Below, in pieces: positions 31,691-46,295 of a stretch of 64,000 nucleotides of DNA. The notes beneath the pieces are model-generated. The model ran no database searches. It was given only the letters and a program-made list of their open reading frames with translations, and had not been told where the DNA came from. Numbering within the stretch: the stretch's first letter is position 1; every line of letters starts with the position of its first letter. Position numbers and translations under genes: made by a program. Origin of the DNA: Chrysomallon squamiferum (Eukaryota; Animalia; Mollusca); contig CM022666.1 of assembly GCA_012295275.1 (NCBI GenBank), forward strand, positions 5,518,001-5,582,000, in the 5' to 3' direction.

Positions 31691-33719
31691 ATTGGTTTTG
31701 ACATATTGGAAAAGTAAATTATAAAAGTGTTAAGTTTAAATGGAAGCAGAAGAGAAGAGAGAATCTGAACACCACATGCACGTGTGACGTCTGCGTGTCA
31801 ACTGATCAACACAGCTGAGAGAAGCTTTAGCGCGTGACTGAATGAAAAACGGACTTAAACACATGCATTGTACCCGTTTGTACCATTTATTTCGAGCAAC
31901 TAACTATTAAATTTTTATTTATATAATTTGTACAAAAGAAAAGATCGTTAAAGCGAGAGATTTTTTTTATTATATATTTATAATTTATCGTTGAATTGAG
32001 CGTAAAAGGCGAATAACTGTATCGATGAATTGAACGAACATTTGCTATAAACTTTATTTATTTATTTATTGAATTATTTGTTTATTTGTTTCTTTATTTT
32101 TGTTTCTTTATTTTACTGTATTTGTTTTATTTCATTTCATTTTTTTTTCTGTTAATTAATTAATTTATTTCACTTTAGTTTTAACACTTTTTATTTATTT
32201 TACGGTATTTTTTATTTAATTTATTTATTTATTTATTCTAAACAATTTGTATTTTTAATTCTTTGAATTTTAATTTTTCTTTATTTTTCGTTTTATAAAA
32301 TAAAAGATGTTGCCTTGCTAATGAACCCACCTAGCAAGACAAAAAAAAAAAAAAAAAAAAATGTATCGGTGTTCATTTTCATTTTCAACAACAGTAACAA
32401 CAACAACAACAAATTTATTTAGTAATACTAATGTATTCAAACTTTATGAATCCGTCTATTAGTAATTCAGTGACGTAACATCTATTTGTAGCCCAGTTCC
32501 CCATTAAAAATGAGTATTTATTATACATCTGCTATATTATTACTATATAATTATGATTACTAGTATTATTCTTTCTACTACTCCTACTATTTATATTAGT
32601 TCTTCTGCTACTACTACTAATTTATTAAATTTATCATCATCATCATCACTATAATTAGTATTGTTTGCTGCTGTCGTTGTTGTTAAATAAAGACTGCAGT
32701 GATACCTCTGGTCACCTGTTCATAATTTGTATTACTTGGATAGTTACTTTAAATGTATTACAAATGTCTTGATCTGCATTTATCATTTTCTTCTTTTTCT
32801 TCATATCTTTTTTGAATATCAAGTGAAATTAATGAGAGTATTTTTCAACTCATTTTTCACTTATACACCAGTCAGTGACATGATTTAATTTTTAATTTAT
32901 GAAGGATAATTTGTATACGTTATAGACAGTAAGTTAAATACTGCTGTTATATAACCATGTACATATCACATACTTATATAGATACGCCTACATACGTGCA
33001 CATCCACACACACATATCATGATTAAGTTTTAATAATTATGCATTCGTCCTTGTCTATTTGATTTGCTAGCTGGAAAACCCGACTGTAACAACAGTTGTT
33101 CATTTGACATTTTTCTTATAAACTGCAGTGCATTCATTATCTTTAAAAGTATTTCTACCCGAGCAGTGTTTATAAACAGTTTTTTGCTAAGTGACTCAGC
33201 TGATAAAACCAATGCACATTCCACGTATTTACCCTGAGTCCCTATAACCTACAATGACGTCGTGGCTGTGAAATGTGGAAGGTGCTGTGATTACCACGAT
33301 ATCTTCAATCTCGTTTCGCTTCATTGGAAAACACTACATGCCTGTCTGGCCTCCTCTCTGCAAAAGGATGCCGACTCTGCTTTTATCTTGATATTAATAA
33401 TAATAAGAAGAACTACAACAATAACAACCTACTGGTCGGTAATTCTATCCTCTCGATAAGGCTATATTTTCTCATATCCAACCAAAATGTGATTTGAAGG
33501 ACAAAGCGTCATCGAAAAAATCCCCCATTTTCCCAAGTTTTTTTTTTTCTGTTTGTTTTCAATACAATATTATAATCTTTTAATAATAAATTATTTATGT
33601 AATGAAAAGGTAGTAGAAAGCAATACATATTTTCGCAAGATTTGTCATTATTTTCCTATAATCTTATTTTAACCGTTTTAAAGAATATTCTGTTGTTCGT
33701 GTAGTATCTGTTGCGCGCG

Positions 33720-34195
33720 CGCGTGTGTGTGGTTTTATTTATTATTTTACTTTTATTTTATTTTTTGAAAGAATGTTATTTATCTGTGTGTCTTTATCTC
33801 AGTATTACTGATTACTAATAACATTTTAATCTTGTTTTGCACAGACTGCATCTAAAGAAAAATGAAATACTAAACTTGATACTCATCAGTTTCATAAATA
33901 CATTAAATGCAACAACAACTACAACTACAAAAAAAGTTGGATGTAGAAATGGGTAAATTCTATATCAAAATATGAAATAGTTACGTTCATTATAAATGAA
34001 ATTGAGAAGAAAGATCCATATACGTTTAATAATATAATATTTGTATTATGAATAGGAGAAATTCATTGTACTGAAACATATTTATAAATTTAAAACTGAT
34101 TATTATGGACGAATTTCAAAGTGGTTATTAACATTCTTTTAAGAAACTGAGTGAAAGTCACACAAAAGCTGAGAAAAGTGGTAAGTTAACAGACC
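33720..34195 (+). pseudogene. Internally deleted TNF remnant (37-nt exon at 34144-34180)
   Basis: Same structure; the 37-nt exon retains its AG and gtaagt sites. Confidence 0.75.
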
Positions 34196-35257
34196 CATCA
34201 TATTTGTATCAACATTTTGTCATTGTCTGAACTGATGATGCCAGAAGTTGTTCAGTCGCAGTAAACAATGTAATGTTTCAAGATGTTTTGGGAGACATTT
34301 CTAACACATTTTTATACCTGGCCCTGTAATAATGGAAAATGGATGACTACAGTTATTTATTCCGAGTACGTATAACAAAATAGATAAATAAATAAATAAA
34401 TAAATAAAGTAAAATAAAATAAAAATAAAGCAAAATAATATTTTGTTTTAGAAAATGGTTAAAAAGTAAAACAAATACTTTGACGTGTGATCTACGTGAT
34501 GCAGTGATCTACACTGATCAAATTCTACCCGCTTATTTTAGTTATTATTTTGTTTATTCTTGCTTTTTAATTACCTCGGTTTAACGATGTAATTGGTTCC
34601 AAATTTCTGATCGTTAAGCGGGAGACTAATTTACACAGAATTGATGTTAAAAACAGTGGTTCTCGCTGATGAGATTTTACATAAAACATATATATATATT
34701 TTTAAATAAATACAGAAAAATAAATAACTTAATAGATCATAGATATTAAACAAACAGTAAATCATTTACAAATCAATTTATACAAATAAATTAAGAAATA
34801 ATTATACGCTACTCATTGTGGGTTCATTTTTGTGGGTTTTGTGTTCATTTAAGATATCGCGTTTTCTTTCTAAAGTTATTTTATGATCAGCAGATTTGTT
34901 CGTGATACACAGACTACATAAATGTATTTATGGCTTAGCTGACACAGGAATAGAAGTTACGCTGTATTCTTTATTTAACAATAACGACAAAAGCAATCGT
35001 AATAATAATAACAACAACAACAACAACAACAACTACAACTACAACTGTTAATAATACGCTTGACTCATATTTACATACAACTCGGGTGGAAAGCCCAGTT
35101 CCCGAAGAAAATTATTATGCTCTGAACGGATGTAGACGACGTCATACGACTTTTTCAAAGTAGCTGGTACAAAAATCAACGAAGCCTGTCAGAGAGCGTT
35201 TCTGTCGTAGCCGTGCTTCACGTGAACACAGAGGCAGCCTAATTTAGGTAAGTACAT

Positions 35258-35530
35258 GTTTTACTTATTTCATAGATTATATATATCTACGTAAAATTAT
35301 AATTTCATTTATTTCACAGATGGTATATATTTATATAAAAGTATAATTTCACTTATTTCATTGATTATATATATTTATATAAAATTATAATTTTACTTAT
35401 TTCACAGGTTATATATATATTTATATAAAATTATAATTTCACTTATTTCATAGGTTATATTAATTAAATAAAATTATAATTTCACTTATTACATAGGTTA
35501 TATATATCTATATAAAATTATAAATTCACA
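35258..35530. repeat. Same VNTR upstream of copy B (about 6 units)
   Basis: Same unit. Confidence 0.9.
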
Positions 35531-37170
35531 TTGCTGTTTAGGATTTTTCCACGCCCTATAATATTAAGTGATATTACATCAACTTGAAAAAACAAAACAT
35601 CGCGGTAAGGTCGATAAGTTTCTAACACATGCGCTGGCAGGTACAAATAATAACAGCCACAGAAAATACAGCACTCATTTATTTGTCTGGTATCTCGAAA
35701 ATCTGCAAAATGCACGTGCAAGTCGTGCCACTGGCAGCTTCATGTAGCAGGTCTGTGGTTATAAAGCAAGAAAATTGAGTTATCAGATTCAAGTTGCGAT
35801 CTATAAACAATAACGTTCACGGCAGTTTGAATTTCTGGCACTGAAAGGAAACCAGCCCTGGACGTGATCTTTCGAGGACGATACAATATCAGCAAACAGA
35901 GCGGATATGTAGAATGAGGACCTGGCAAGCTTTGACAGGTTTTGTCTGCCTTTGCAGTAAACCAACTAGCCAAGGTTTTAGTAAGGGTTTAAGAGAGCAT
36001 TACCTTAAATTTTGTTTTCATCCGAGTAAAATTTACCACATAAATGTTTCAAAAACCAGGCGATCAACCTATGGAGGTGATTAAATGTGTTATTCAAACT
36101 TTGACAGTACTTTAGTCAAGGTATTTTCCTTCTTGCTTGTCAAATTTGACGTCCGCTGGTTTACGAGAAAATCGAACTTTCCGCTATTAAGCCCTACCCG
36201 AGGTGACCGAGTGTTGTTGTTTGTTTTAGAATTTTTCACAATAAAAACACATTTTAGTGATTTGGCGGCAGAAACTGCAAATAAGCCATCATCACCTTGG
36301 TTAGTCACCTGATCAAAATACACCCACTTGACTGGATATTTATTTCACTTCACGGTATTGAATATTTATTGCGCGCTTTGCTATCTCAAGCTGTTTTTCG
36401 CTTACTTTAATTTTGTTACATTGTCTTCATTATTACATCTTTGATTGCCAATCTACCGTCACAGTTTTCCCTATACATTTGTTTTAACAGTAAAAAAAAT
36501 ATATTTATTTTTAATTATTTCTTTAAAATCCTACCTCTTTCCAGTCATATAACTAACTTCGGACGAAAAACTCTGCTCCTTACACTCCTCAACAATTGGA
36601 AACAAATTTTGTGTTATCAGACAGCAAGTTTTACATCAGGAGGATTATCTGTTTCATTACACATCGCTGTGCTGTCATATTGGATTTCAGTGGTGAGTAT
36701 TTGTACACAGTGGCTTACAGGGCATTCACTGAAAATTGATAAATCAGGCCTCGCATTTTCAAAAGAGAAACCTTTGCTCCTTTTTTTTTCTTTTTTTTTT
36801 TGTCATCGCATAGGAACATTATCAGTGTAAATATGTCTTAGTGCTATTTATTTTACTTTTTTTTTCGTTGAAACAATGTTGTATAGAACTATATGTACGT
36901 GTGTATGTTGTTTGTGAATTTGTCCTGATAATATTTATTCTTTTATTTATTTATATAAGCACTGTTTGAAAGTTTTATATTTGTGTATGTACAAGTGTAT
37001 ATTTTTGGTTTGCTGAAATAATGTGTTATATAAGTGTGTGTATATTGTATCTGTGTACGTGTGCGGGTGTGTGTATTTATCTTGGTATTATTTATTACTC
37101 ATAACATTTTGTTTTCTTTGGGTTATGTTTTACAGATTACTTCTAAAGGAAATAAAAGTTGTTACACAAA

Positions 37171-38284
37171 ATGGAACCAATTCGTCCTGTCATTGCCATT
37201 TCTCTTATGGTACTAAACTTGATACTCATCAGTTTCATTGCATCTGGAACATTAAACGAATTTCTGAACAGAGAAACCAACTTGTTGTTTGACAAGGAAC
37301 TTTGTGTGAAAATATCGTGCAAACCAGGAGAAAACTGCTGTGATGACAAATCTACAACCAGAACCAGGAACAATACCACGTATTGCTGTTACAGAGATGG
37401 AGAAAAAGTGATCAGTGAAATTATGAAAAAGGTAAATTCTGTATTTAGTTCTAAAAACTTATATTCCATAAATACATTAAATGGAAAAAAATATTGTTTT
37501 CTGTAGATATGAAATTAAGAAACAGGGTAATTCTCTATAAAAATAATAAAAAGTTAAATTCTTTATAAATGAAATAATATTTGAATTATGAAAAGGAGAA
37601 ATTAATAGTGCTGAAAAATATTTATTTAGTTTCAAGTTGGTTATTCTTTGTAGAAACTGAGTGAAAGTCGGACAAAAGCTGAGAAAAGTGGTAAGTTAAC
37701 ACAGACACATACACTCTCAGACATACATAAAAACACAAAGTCGCAGAAACACAGCTACACACAAGAAAAGCCATAAACACATACATACACAAACACAGCC
37801 AGATACACAGAAAAGGATCTACACACAAACAGAAACATTCAGGCACTCATATTTAAATATCCACAAAAGTTTTTATAATTATGTATTTGTATGTTCGTGC
37901 ATATTTGTGTATAGTCTAAGTATGTAAACATGTACAAATGTATATTTATGTGTATGTGTGTGTCTGTGTGTGTGTGTGTGTGTGTTTGTTTTAGAACTAA
38001 AACTAAAGCAGCTCAGAGATGTCGCTGATCTTTTGAATTTAGATAATAAAAACAGTGTGTACGAATCTATGTATGTATGTATGAATCTATATATTTATAC
38101 AGGTATCAGTAGTCTACATGTGTCTGTATATATATATATTTCAGAACAGAAACTTAAACAGATCAGAGAGGCCGCTTACAATCTGAATAATAAAAACAAT
38201 GTGAAGACAACGGCTCATCTACAAATGGATGTCACAGCAACATATGACAAAAGTAAGAAAACAAATAGTAGAAGCAGTGTTAGC

Positions 38285-38324
<40 letters not shown>

Positions 38325-39047
38325 ATATTAGTACTAGAGTAGTAGTAGTAGTAGTAGTAGTAGAGTAGTAGTATTAGTAGCACTGGTAAAAGTAGTTGTA
38401 GTAGTAGTAGTTGGTCTGGTAAAAGTAGTTGTAGTAGTAATCACATAGTTATTAGTAGTGGTTAGGAAACAATAGAAGAAACTGTGATAACAATAGTATT
38501 AGCACGTTAATAGTAAAAATATCAATGATGATACTAAAGTAGTCAATAGCAGGAGTTTGTAGTAGTTATAGAAATATATTAGTAATATTATCTACAACTG
38601 TTGACAATTTAAAATAAAAATATTATTTAAAAATATTTTCTTCTTACAAACTTTTCAGACACATCGAAGCCTCTCATCAAATGGACCTCGTCTGGTAAAA
38701 GATCGTTTGTGAAAGGAGCTGCTGCTGTTGTCACTGACGGGATTCAAGTCAAACACGCTGCTTACTACTTCATATACAGCAACGTTTTATTCCATGCCAA
38801 CCAAATCACAGGGCTAGAATACCCTAGGCTGTGCCACTCAGTTGAAAAATATCCAAATTATGAAGTCCTCTACAGAAATCCGCAAACAACATGGAAAGTT
38901 CGAGGAGACAATAAACGTTTTGCTGCTTCCTACATTGGAGCTGTTTACTACCTGAAAGCCAATGACACTGTAGTGGTGAGAACATCAGTTGTGAACAGAA
39001 TTTTGAGAGAATCTGAGACCACCTACTTTGGTCTGTATATGCTGTAA
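37171..39047 (+). CDS. TNF-superfamily ligand (type II membrane protein, TRAIL/FasL-like THD), copy B, intact, 264 aa
   Basis: Exons 37171-37431 (phase 0), 37654-37690 (phase 1), 38145-38252 (phase 1) and 38659-39047 sum to 795 nt, open, all GT-AG. It has an N-terminal hydrophobic anchor, a six-Cys stalk, and THD motifs TAHL, LIKW, GIQV..YYFIYSNVLF, SYIGAVYYL..ND.V.V and TYFGLYML. An in-frame stop lies just upstream of the ATG. Confidence 0.93.
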
Positions 39048-39589
39048 AACTGTTTCGAGAGGCCTCAATTATAACTGTTAATATATAATTTGTTTGAGCT
39101 GTGATAGAAAGACACTACTGAGGGACTTGAGTACAGTTTTGACTACCAGTTTATAAATTTTTTTACTGACGCTTTTTTTTTAGGGTTGTGAATCAGATTT
39201 TAGTAAAGAACTTTTATCACCGAAATAAGATCATTTGTTATTGAAACAGCTTTAATGATAATCAACATATATGAGTTTATATTTATATTTGTATTTTTTT
39301 TTTAAAATAAAGATTTAATTTGATTTAATTCGTTTTTGTTTGTTTTGGGGTTTTAAATAATATTGGTATATTTAATATTTTGCAATTATTTTTATAATTC
39401 TTTCATTAATAATTAAAAATTTGCTTTAAGTTCCTTCAGATGCACATGGTGTCTAGGTTCAATCCCACCTAGCCTATAACTTAAAACATCTGTCTCCCAC
39501 ATAGTCAAAATGATGTTGGGATACCTGGGCCAAATGTTTAGTTAGTAAAGTGATATTAAGGGCTATGGTCCGTTTTCTATATTAAGTGA

Positions 39590-39790
39590 AAATATCCAAA
39601 TTATGAAGTTCTCTACAGAAATCCTCAAACAACATGCAAAGTACGAAGACACCAGGAAAGTTTTGTTGCTTCCTACATTGGAGCTGTTTACTACCTGAAA
39701 GCCAATGACACTGTAGTGATGAGAACATCAGTTGTGAACAGAATTTTGAGAGGTCCTGAGAAAACTTACTTTGGCTTGTATATGCTTTGA
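39590..39790 (+). pseudogene. Duplicated 3' half of TNF THD exon
   Basis: The open frame reads KYPNYEVLYRNPQTTCKVRRHQESFVASYIGAVYYLKANDTVVMRTSVVNRILRGPEKTYFGLYML*. It is preceded by an in-frame TGA and has no usable acceptor. Confidence 0.9.
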
Positions 39791-40857
39791 GAGGCCTGAA
39801 TTATAGTTGGCAATATATAATATTTGGCGCTGTGAAAAAACAAAAAATGTATGTGTGTTTTAAGTGTGTGTTTTTTTGGGGGGTTTGGGGGGGCTGTTTC
39901 TTTAGATTAATGTTTCTCAGAAGTAACAAATAACATTGGTAAAGATCTGAGCTTTTCACACAGGCCGTAAATAGTTCCTCAAAATCAACAGCCTAAGCGG
40001 ACCGGATTGGAACATTGCTCATCATACAAAAAAACTTCTTTTTTCATTAATGAACCATTTTTACTACAGAGAAACATACGAGTAACATCTGCTTTTGAGA
40101 CAGGGACTTTTTTCTCTATGTTCGGTAAAAATACATTTTCTAAAAAAAAAAAAATGTTGGAGTCGTGGTTTATTATTACCACTGATATCAACATGACTGG
40201 AATCGCTGCTGGCTTGTACTTTATGAAGAAATTAGGACAAAACACCCATAGAAATGAGTTCTTAAAAAGCTTGATGTATTCAATATGAATATGTATCTAT
40301 TTTCTTCAAATAGCAGACATGAATAATTTCAAATTTGCAAAAGTAATAATATCAGTTTCTAATTTATTCATCTGATTTTATGAGAAAAAATAAATAAATA
40401 AGAAAGAGCATGCAGTTCACAAAGCCACGCAGTTTGTCCAGGACTGATTTGTACCACTGGATCCCGAGATCATGAATAATAACAAGTAAGAGATAATTTT
40501 GTGTTACTTGCCTCCAATAACAAAGTTACAAAATATATTTACAACATATACATACAGACACATATACATACATATATTTATTATTTAAAACGTTTTTGAT
40601 ACTCTAATAACATTTTTCGGATAACTGCCAGTATTTTGAATAACAACATATTAACACTATTTTGTTTGCTTGTTTCTAACTGCTTGAAGATTTCATAGAC
40701 GTAATGAATATTAATTTAGTTCGGGAACTGGGCTTTCCACCCAAGCTATAAATAGTTGTCACGTCACTAGTTGTCACGTCAACCGTATTACTAACAGACG
40801 GTTTTAGAAAGTATGAATGCATTCTTATTTTTACAAATAAATAAATCTGTTGTTGTG

Positions 40858-40888
<31 letters not shown>

Positions 40889-40926
40889 AAAATGAATATG
40901 TACACCGATACTTTATTATTATTATT

Positions 40927-40961
<35 letters not shown>

Positions 40962-42199
40962 GGTCGGTTCATTAAGAAAGCAGTAACTAGCAGTAACACG
41001 AACGCCATTTACAACACAATGCACGCATTCATAAGACTGTTTTTAAAATGTGTGTGTCTATGTGTGTGTGTGTGTGCGTGTGTGTGTGTGTTTCTTAAGA
41101 TTAAGGTTTCTGAGAAATAATAAATAACATTCTTCTAGAACTGAGGCTATAAATAGTTCGTCATAATCAGTAATAAATATTGTTTGTAAAACAACAAGAA
41201 ATATAAAAGAAATATAATAATTACATTCTTTTTATAAAAAGATAAAAACATAATTAATTAAATAAATGATATAATCTAAATAAAAATAAAAAATGCTTAA
41301 AATTAAAGTAAAACAAAATGTGTAAGAGGATATGTGTGTGCGCGCACAATATGATAATAAGTGACATATTTGTTTAGTTTTTTCATACAATTAAATGCAA
41401 AGATTAACTAAACTGACATAATAGTACGTACCTGTGTATAAAATGACTTTGTAGATGTTCCACAATTCATGTTCACCAAACTTAATTCTTTTTATTCAGA
41501 AAAGTTGAATAACTTTACATATAAAAATCTTCTTAGCTGTATATCTCCTATTATCGCGTAACTAACTGAACTGCGCATGTCAGTGTCTGTTCTAGGTCAC
41601 CAGCATGCCATAACTTGTTAATACACATGCGCATGGATTCAAGAAAGCTAAATTTATATCACGTGATAGTTCCTCTTGAAAACTTATGGAAAATTATGTC
41701 CTAGCCGTAAATAAAATGTATGAAAAACTGGTTTGTTTCACCAGTATTTAGCCCCGACCCAGTATATCGTCACAGTAACTGTAATATCTGTGTCTGTTTG
41801 ATTTCTATTAAAAATAAACCATCCGTTGGTCGTTTCGATTCATTGGAACTCATCAGATTGAAATTCAAAATACAGAAACATCGACGAGCTTTCGAGATGA
41901 ATAGAGTTGAATAATGTTTTAATATGTTCAGGTTAAGGAGCAAGTTAGTTTTTGCAAAGTATGTAATTTAATATTCATGGAATTGTGTTAGAAACAAAAA
42001 TGAAGTAATATTTCTTAAATAACCCCCCACCCGCCAGTCCACCCGCCAGTCCACCTGTACGTCCGTCTGCCTTGACTCAGTGACAGAGGGTGATCTGTCT
42101 CGATGTTTCTCTTAATAATCTTCCCGATCTACCATTTCTGCACGACAAGTTATCAAAGATCATAATACATCCCTTTCTTTTATCGCTAACATCATCTCA

Positions 42200-42360
42200 G
42201 ATATTCCTGGCTGTTATTCAGAAACAGAGTAGCCTGCATTGTTTTGAGGTGTAGAGTTTTATCTTACCATAAATGTCAATGTGGTGTCTAACAGTAAAAC
42301 TGGACATATTCAACTGGTTGATTAAACAAGTATTTAGTGACGTCGTTAAAGTAAACACAC
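42200..42360 (+). mobile_element. SINE-like 3' fragment
   Basis: atattcctggctgttattcagaaacagagtag...tatttagtgacgtcgttaaagtaaa is the inverse of 9105-9265. Confidence 0.5.
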
Positions 42361-42423
42361 AACCCTTCACACATACAGTGCTGAATACATTAGGTTACAT
42401 GAATATATAACAATATGTGCACA

Positions 42424-42463
<40 letters not shown>

Positions 42464-43004
42464 TATACCCATGTCTGTCTGCCTCTCTCTTTGTCTCTCT
42501 ATATATGTATGTATATATATATAATTACATAGCTTCATCTACATAATATTTATGTATATAATAAATAAATAAACAGTACAACAAAAATAACTTTTTAATA
42601 ACTAAATGGAAAATAAAATATATTACATTCATTTATCTGATTATCACACCTCTTTTCTTCAAACGCTTGCTTCATAGGAAAAGTTTCGAAAACTAACAGA
42701 CGGATAGAGTTCTCTGAAAAAAGAAATAATAATAATAATAATAATAATAATAAGAAGAAGAAGAAGAAGAAGAAGAAGAAAAAAAAAAAAAGGAATGATG
42801 ATGATGATGGTGAATACTCAGGACATATCGTTGGAGCTACTAAGAAAACTCGATTAAATGAAATACAAATATTAAACGTATTTTAAAATATTGGTAATTA
42901 TTTTTATTTTTATCTCTTTCTCTGCCCATCCAGTCTTTCCACATTTCCGTTGTTTGTCTGTGTAATCTATGTAAATTGTCTCCCTTTAGTAGTACTAATA
43001 TATG

Positions 43005-43124
<120 letters not shown>

Positions 43125-43453
43125 TGTCTGTATTACGTACATTGTCTGCAGTTTTATAAGGAAAGTATAATTATTAAGAATAACGATATAATTTACACAT
43201 AAATTATCAGAGCATTCATCGTGAAAAAAACAGTAGTATATGATACCACTGCCCGGTCACAGCTCATTCTCTTTATGTACATATAATAACTTGTGATTAA
43301 ACAACACTTACACATTCCACCAGCAGTAGATACCAATGTCTATAACTAACACAACTGTTCCTGAAACTATTCCAATAGTTACGTAAAAAACGTCTGAAAT
43401 AAACAACAACAAATCATATAAATAAATAAATCAATAAATCAATAAATAATAAA

Positions 43454-43516
<63 letters not shown>

Positions 43517-43880
43517 GCAATAATATTAATAATAATGTTGAATAAAATAATAATTTATAAAAAAAACTTTAGATTTGCTGTGTTTGTTTTCCAGATTGAA
43601 AACGTTTCGTATCTTTCTGGTACTGTGACTCTCTATCTCTCACACACACACACGGAAACACATCGAACAATGAATACCTTTCTTCGCCTTTTACTTATTT
43701 ATTTATTTATTCAGTTATAGTGCACTAAATCAGCTGTAGAGTATTTATAATTATAATCAATTCTGTTACAATTAGTGGTATCTCTCTGAAATACTATTCA
43801 CGTTTTCCTGTTGAAAACTAACCTTTGTGTTCTCTTTGTGTTAAATAGTTTTCAGGTATTCTCGACTTTTGTAAAGAAAC

Positions 43881-43994
<114 letters not shown>

Positions 43995-44427
43995 TATTTG
44001 CATACATTATCACACACCCAGTATTTCTATAATACAAACTCTGAATCTTCTTGACAGCTGATGATGAAGGTAACGATAACGTATTTAGAGAGAAAACTGA
44101 AAAACCTAAAAGTGTGTGTGTTTATATATGTATACTAGTGGATATAAGTGAAGAAGTCTAGGCAGAGAATATTAAGGAAGATAATTCTCTTTCTCAAATA
44201 ATGATCCTTGTTGTTTGTTATTGTAATATCATTGTCATCATTATTATTTATATTTTTAAGGATTTTACCGCTATTGTTGTTGTTATTATTATTGTTATTG
44301 TAATTATTATTGTTGATGAAATTTTTTGGCAGTTAATATTTTGTTTCAATTTTATTTTTCATCCAGGTAGTTCAAACACTTTTTATCCCAAATGCTGTTG
44401 TCACTGTAGTTGTGTGTCTCCTTTTGC

Positions 44428-44529
<102 letters not shown>

Positions 44530-45944
44530 TTTATTATTGTTATTATTATTATTTATGTATGCATGTATATATGTATGTGTTTAAGAGTATATATATGTTC
44601 TATCTGATATGTGTATCCATGGTTATATATTCGTGTCTGTTAATACATGAGTATTAGTGTAAGCTTGTTGTGAATATAAATATACTAAGGAAGATAACTC
44701 TTTAATACTCAAGGACCTTTATCTCAAACAGTGCTTGTTATTGTTAATGTAATATCATTATTATAATTATTTGTACTATTATTGTTATTGCTGTTGTTAT
44801 TTAGTGGCTATTGTTATTGTAATTATTATAGTTGATGACATTTTTTGGCAGTTAATATTTTGTTTCAATTTTATTTTTCATCCAGGTAGTCCAAACACTT
44901 TTTATACCAAATGCTGTTGTCACTGTAGTTGTGTGTCTCCTTGTTTATGGCGGTGTAGACGTGTCAGAGGTCGTGCTAACCAAGCTGAGTTTCAACAGAC
45001 TGGGTCTCCATTATGATATAGTAAGTGTTATCTGTGAGTTTATTTAGTTATTTTTAAATACTTCTTTTTTAGTTGATTTCTGTTTTTAATCCATATGCAA
45101 CGAAATGGAACAAAAGGTACAGAATGACGTAATTTGAACATCCAGGGATACAGTATTATTCCAGGACAATACATACCATGTAACTTATATATCCAGGTAG
45201 GGATACATTATTACATATCCACGGAGAAACTATTAAAGATTATATAACAGACAATACAGTACATACCATGGAATTTATATATCCAGGGAAATGTTATGAA
45301 AGATTAATAAAATAAATACCATATATATCCAGGGATTAAAGGTTAACAGAGTGCAGTACATACCATGAAATTTATATATCCAGGGATACAGTACTAAAGA
45401 TTATATAAAAGAGTACAATACATACCATGTAATTTATATATCCAATGATTTAGCATTACATTTTATTCCAGTAAATACACAGATATAATTTATAAATCCA
45501 AGAGTATAATATTACAGATTCAGTATAGTAAATATTATGTATCCTGTGTATCATCCTATGGTGTGGAGTTTACTGTGTATATATTAGTGTGTATATTAAT
45601 AAAACAGATTATTTTAGATAGCTTGTATTCTGTGTATCATTTTATAAATGAGGTCCTATGGTATAGAGTATAAATGAATACATTAATGTATATATCCAAG
45701 GATATAATATTAAAGATTATTACAATACAGTACATACCATGTAACTAATAATTCGGTTTAAAATAAAACAATATTATGAAATATTAACTGTTCACTTCCA
45801 GAAAGAAATATTTAGTTCGTTTGTCAAAAGTAAAAGTTTACAAATTAATTTACTGTCAGAGTATTTTTAAAGTTAAAATTAGCAGGTCACAGAATGTTTA
45901 CCGCTGTCTGGTGACCTCATCAAACGATTCTATATTCACTTTCA

Positions 45945-46295
45945 AACGCTTGTCGTTTCTTTATCTGACTTTCCAGTGATAACGTGCACAGTTTCGCTTG
46001 TCGTTTCTTTATCGACTTTTCGTGCACAGTTTCGCTTGTACTTTATCTGACTTTCCAGTGATAACGTGCACAGTTTCGCTTGTCGTTCTGCTTTATCCGA
46101 CTTTCCAGTGATAACGTGCACAGTTTCGCTTGTCGTTCTACTTTATCCGACTTTCCAGTGATAACGTCCAGAGTTTCGCTTGTCGTTCTACTTTATCCGA
46201 CTTTCCAGTGATAACGTGCACAGTTTCGCTTGTCGTTCTACTTTATCTGACTTTCCAGTGATAACGTGCACTTTCGTTAAAATCTGACTTTCCAA
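45945..46295. repeat. 50-bp minisatellite, about 7 units, some partial
   Basis: The unit cagtttcgcttgtcgttctactttatccgactttccagtgataacgtgca is repeated head-to-tail. Confidence 0.95.

Noticed and set aside
39985-40288. Overlapping 86- and 93-aa ORFs in single-copy sequence
   Set aside because: They have non-ATG starts, no recognisable motif or splice boundaries, and an internal poly-A run. This may be a decayed transposon but that is unsupported.
44771-45016. Cys-rich ORF (KCCCHCSCVSPCLWRC) suggesting a metallothionein or defensin family, repeated several times
   Set aside because: It is an alternative frame across an intron and exon X2, with no consistent start. The splice-bounded 135-nt frame VVQTLFIP... 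fits the neighbouring exon phases.
45945-46295. CRISPR-like array
   Set aside because: The units are contiguous tandem copies with no unique spacers, in a eukaryotic context with no cas genes.
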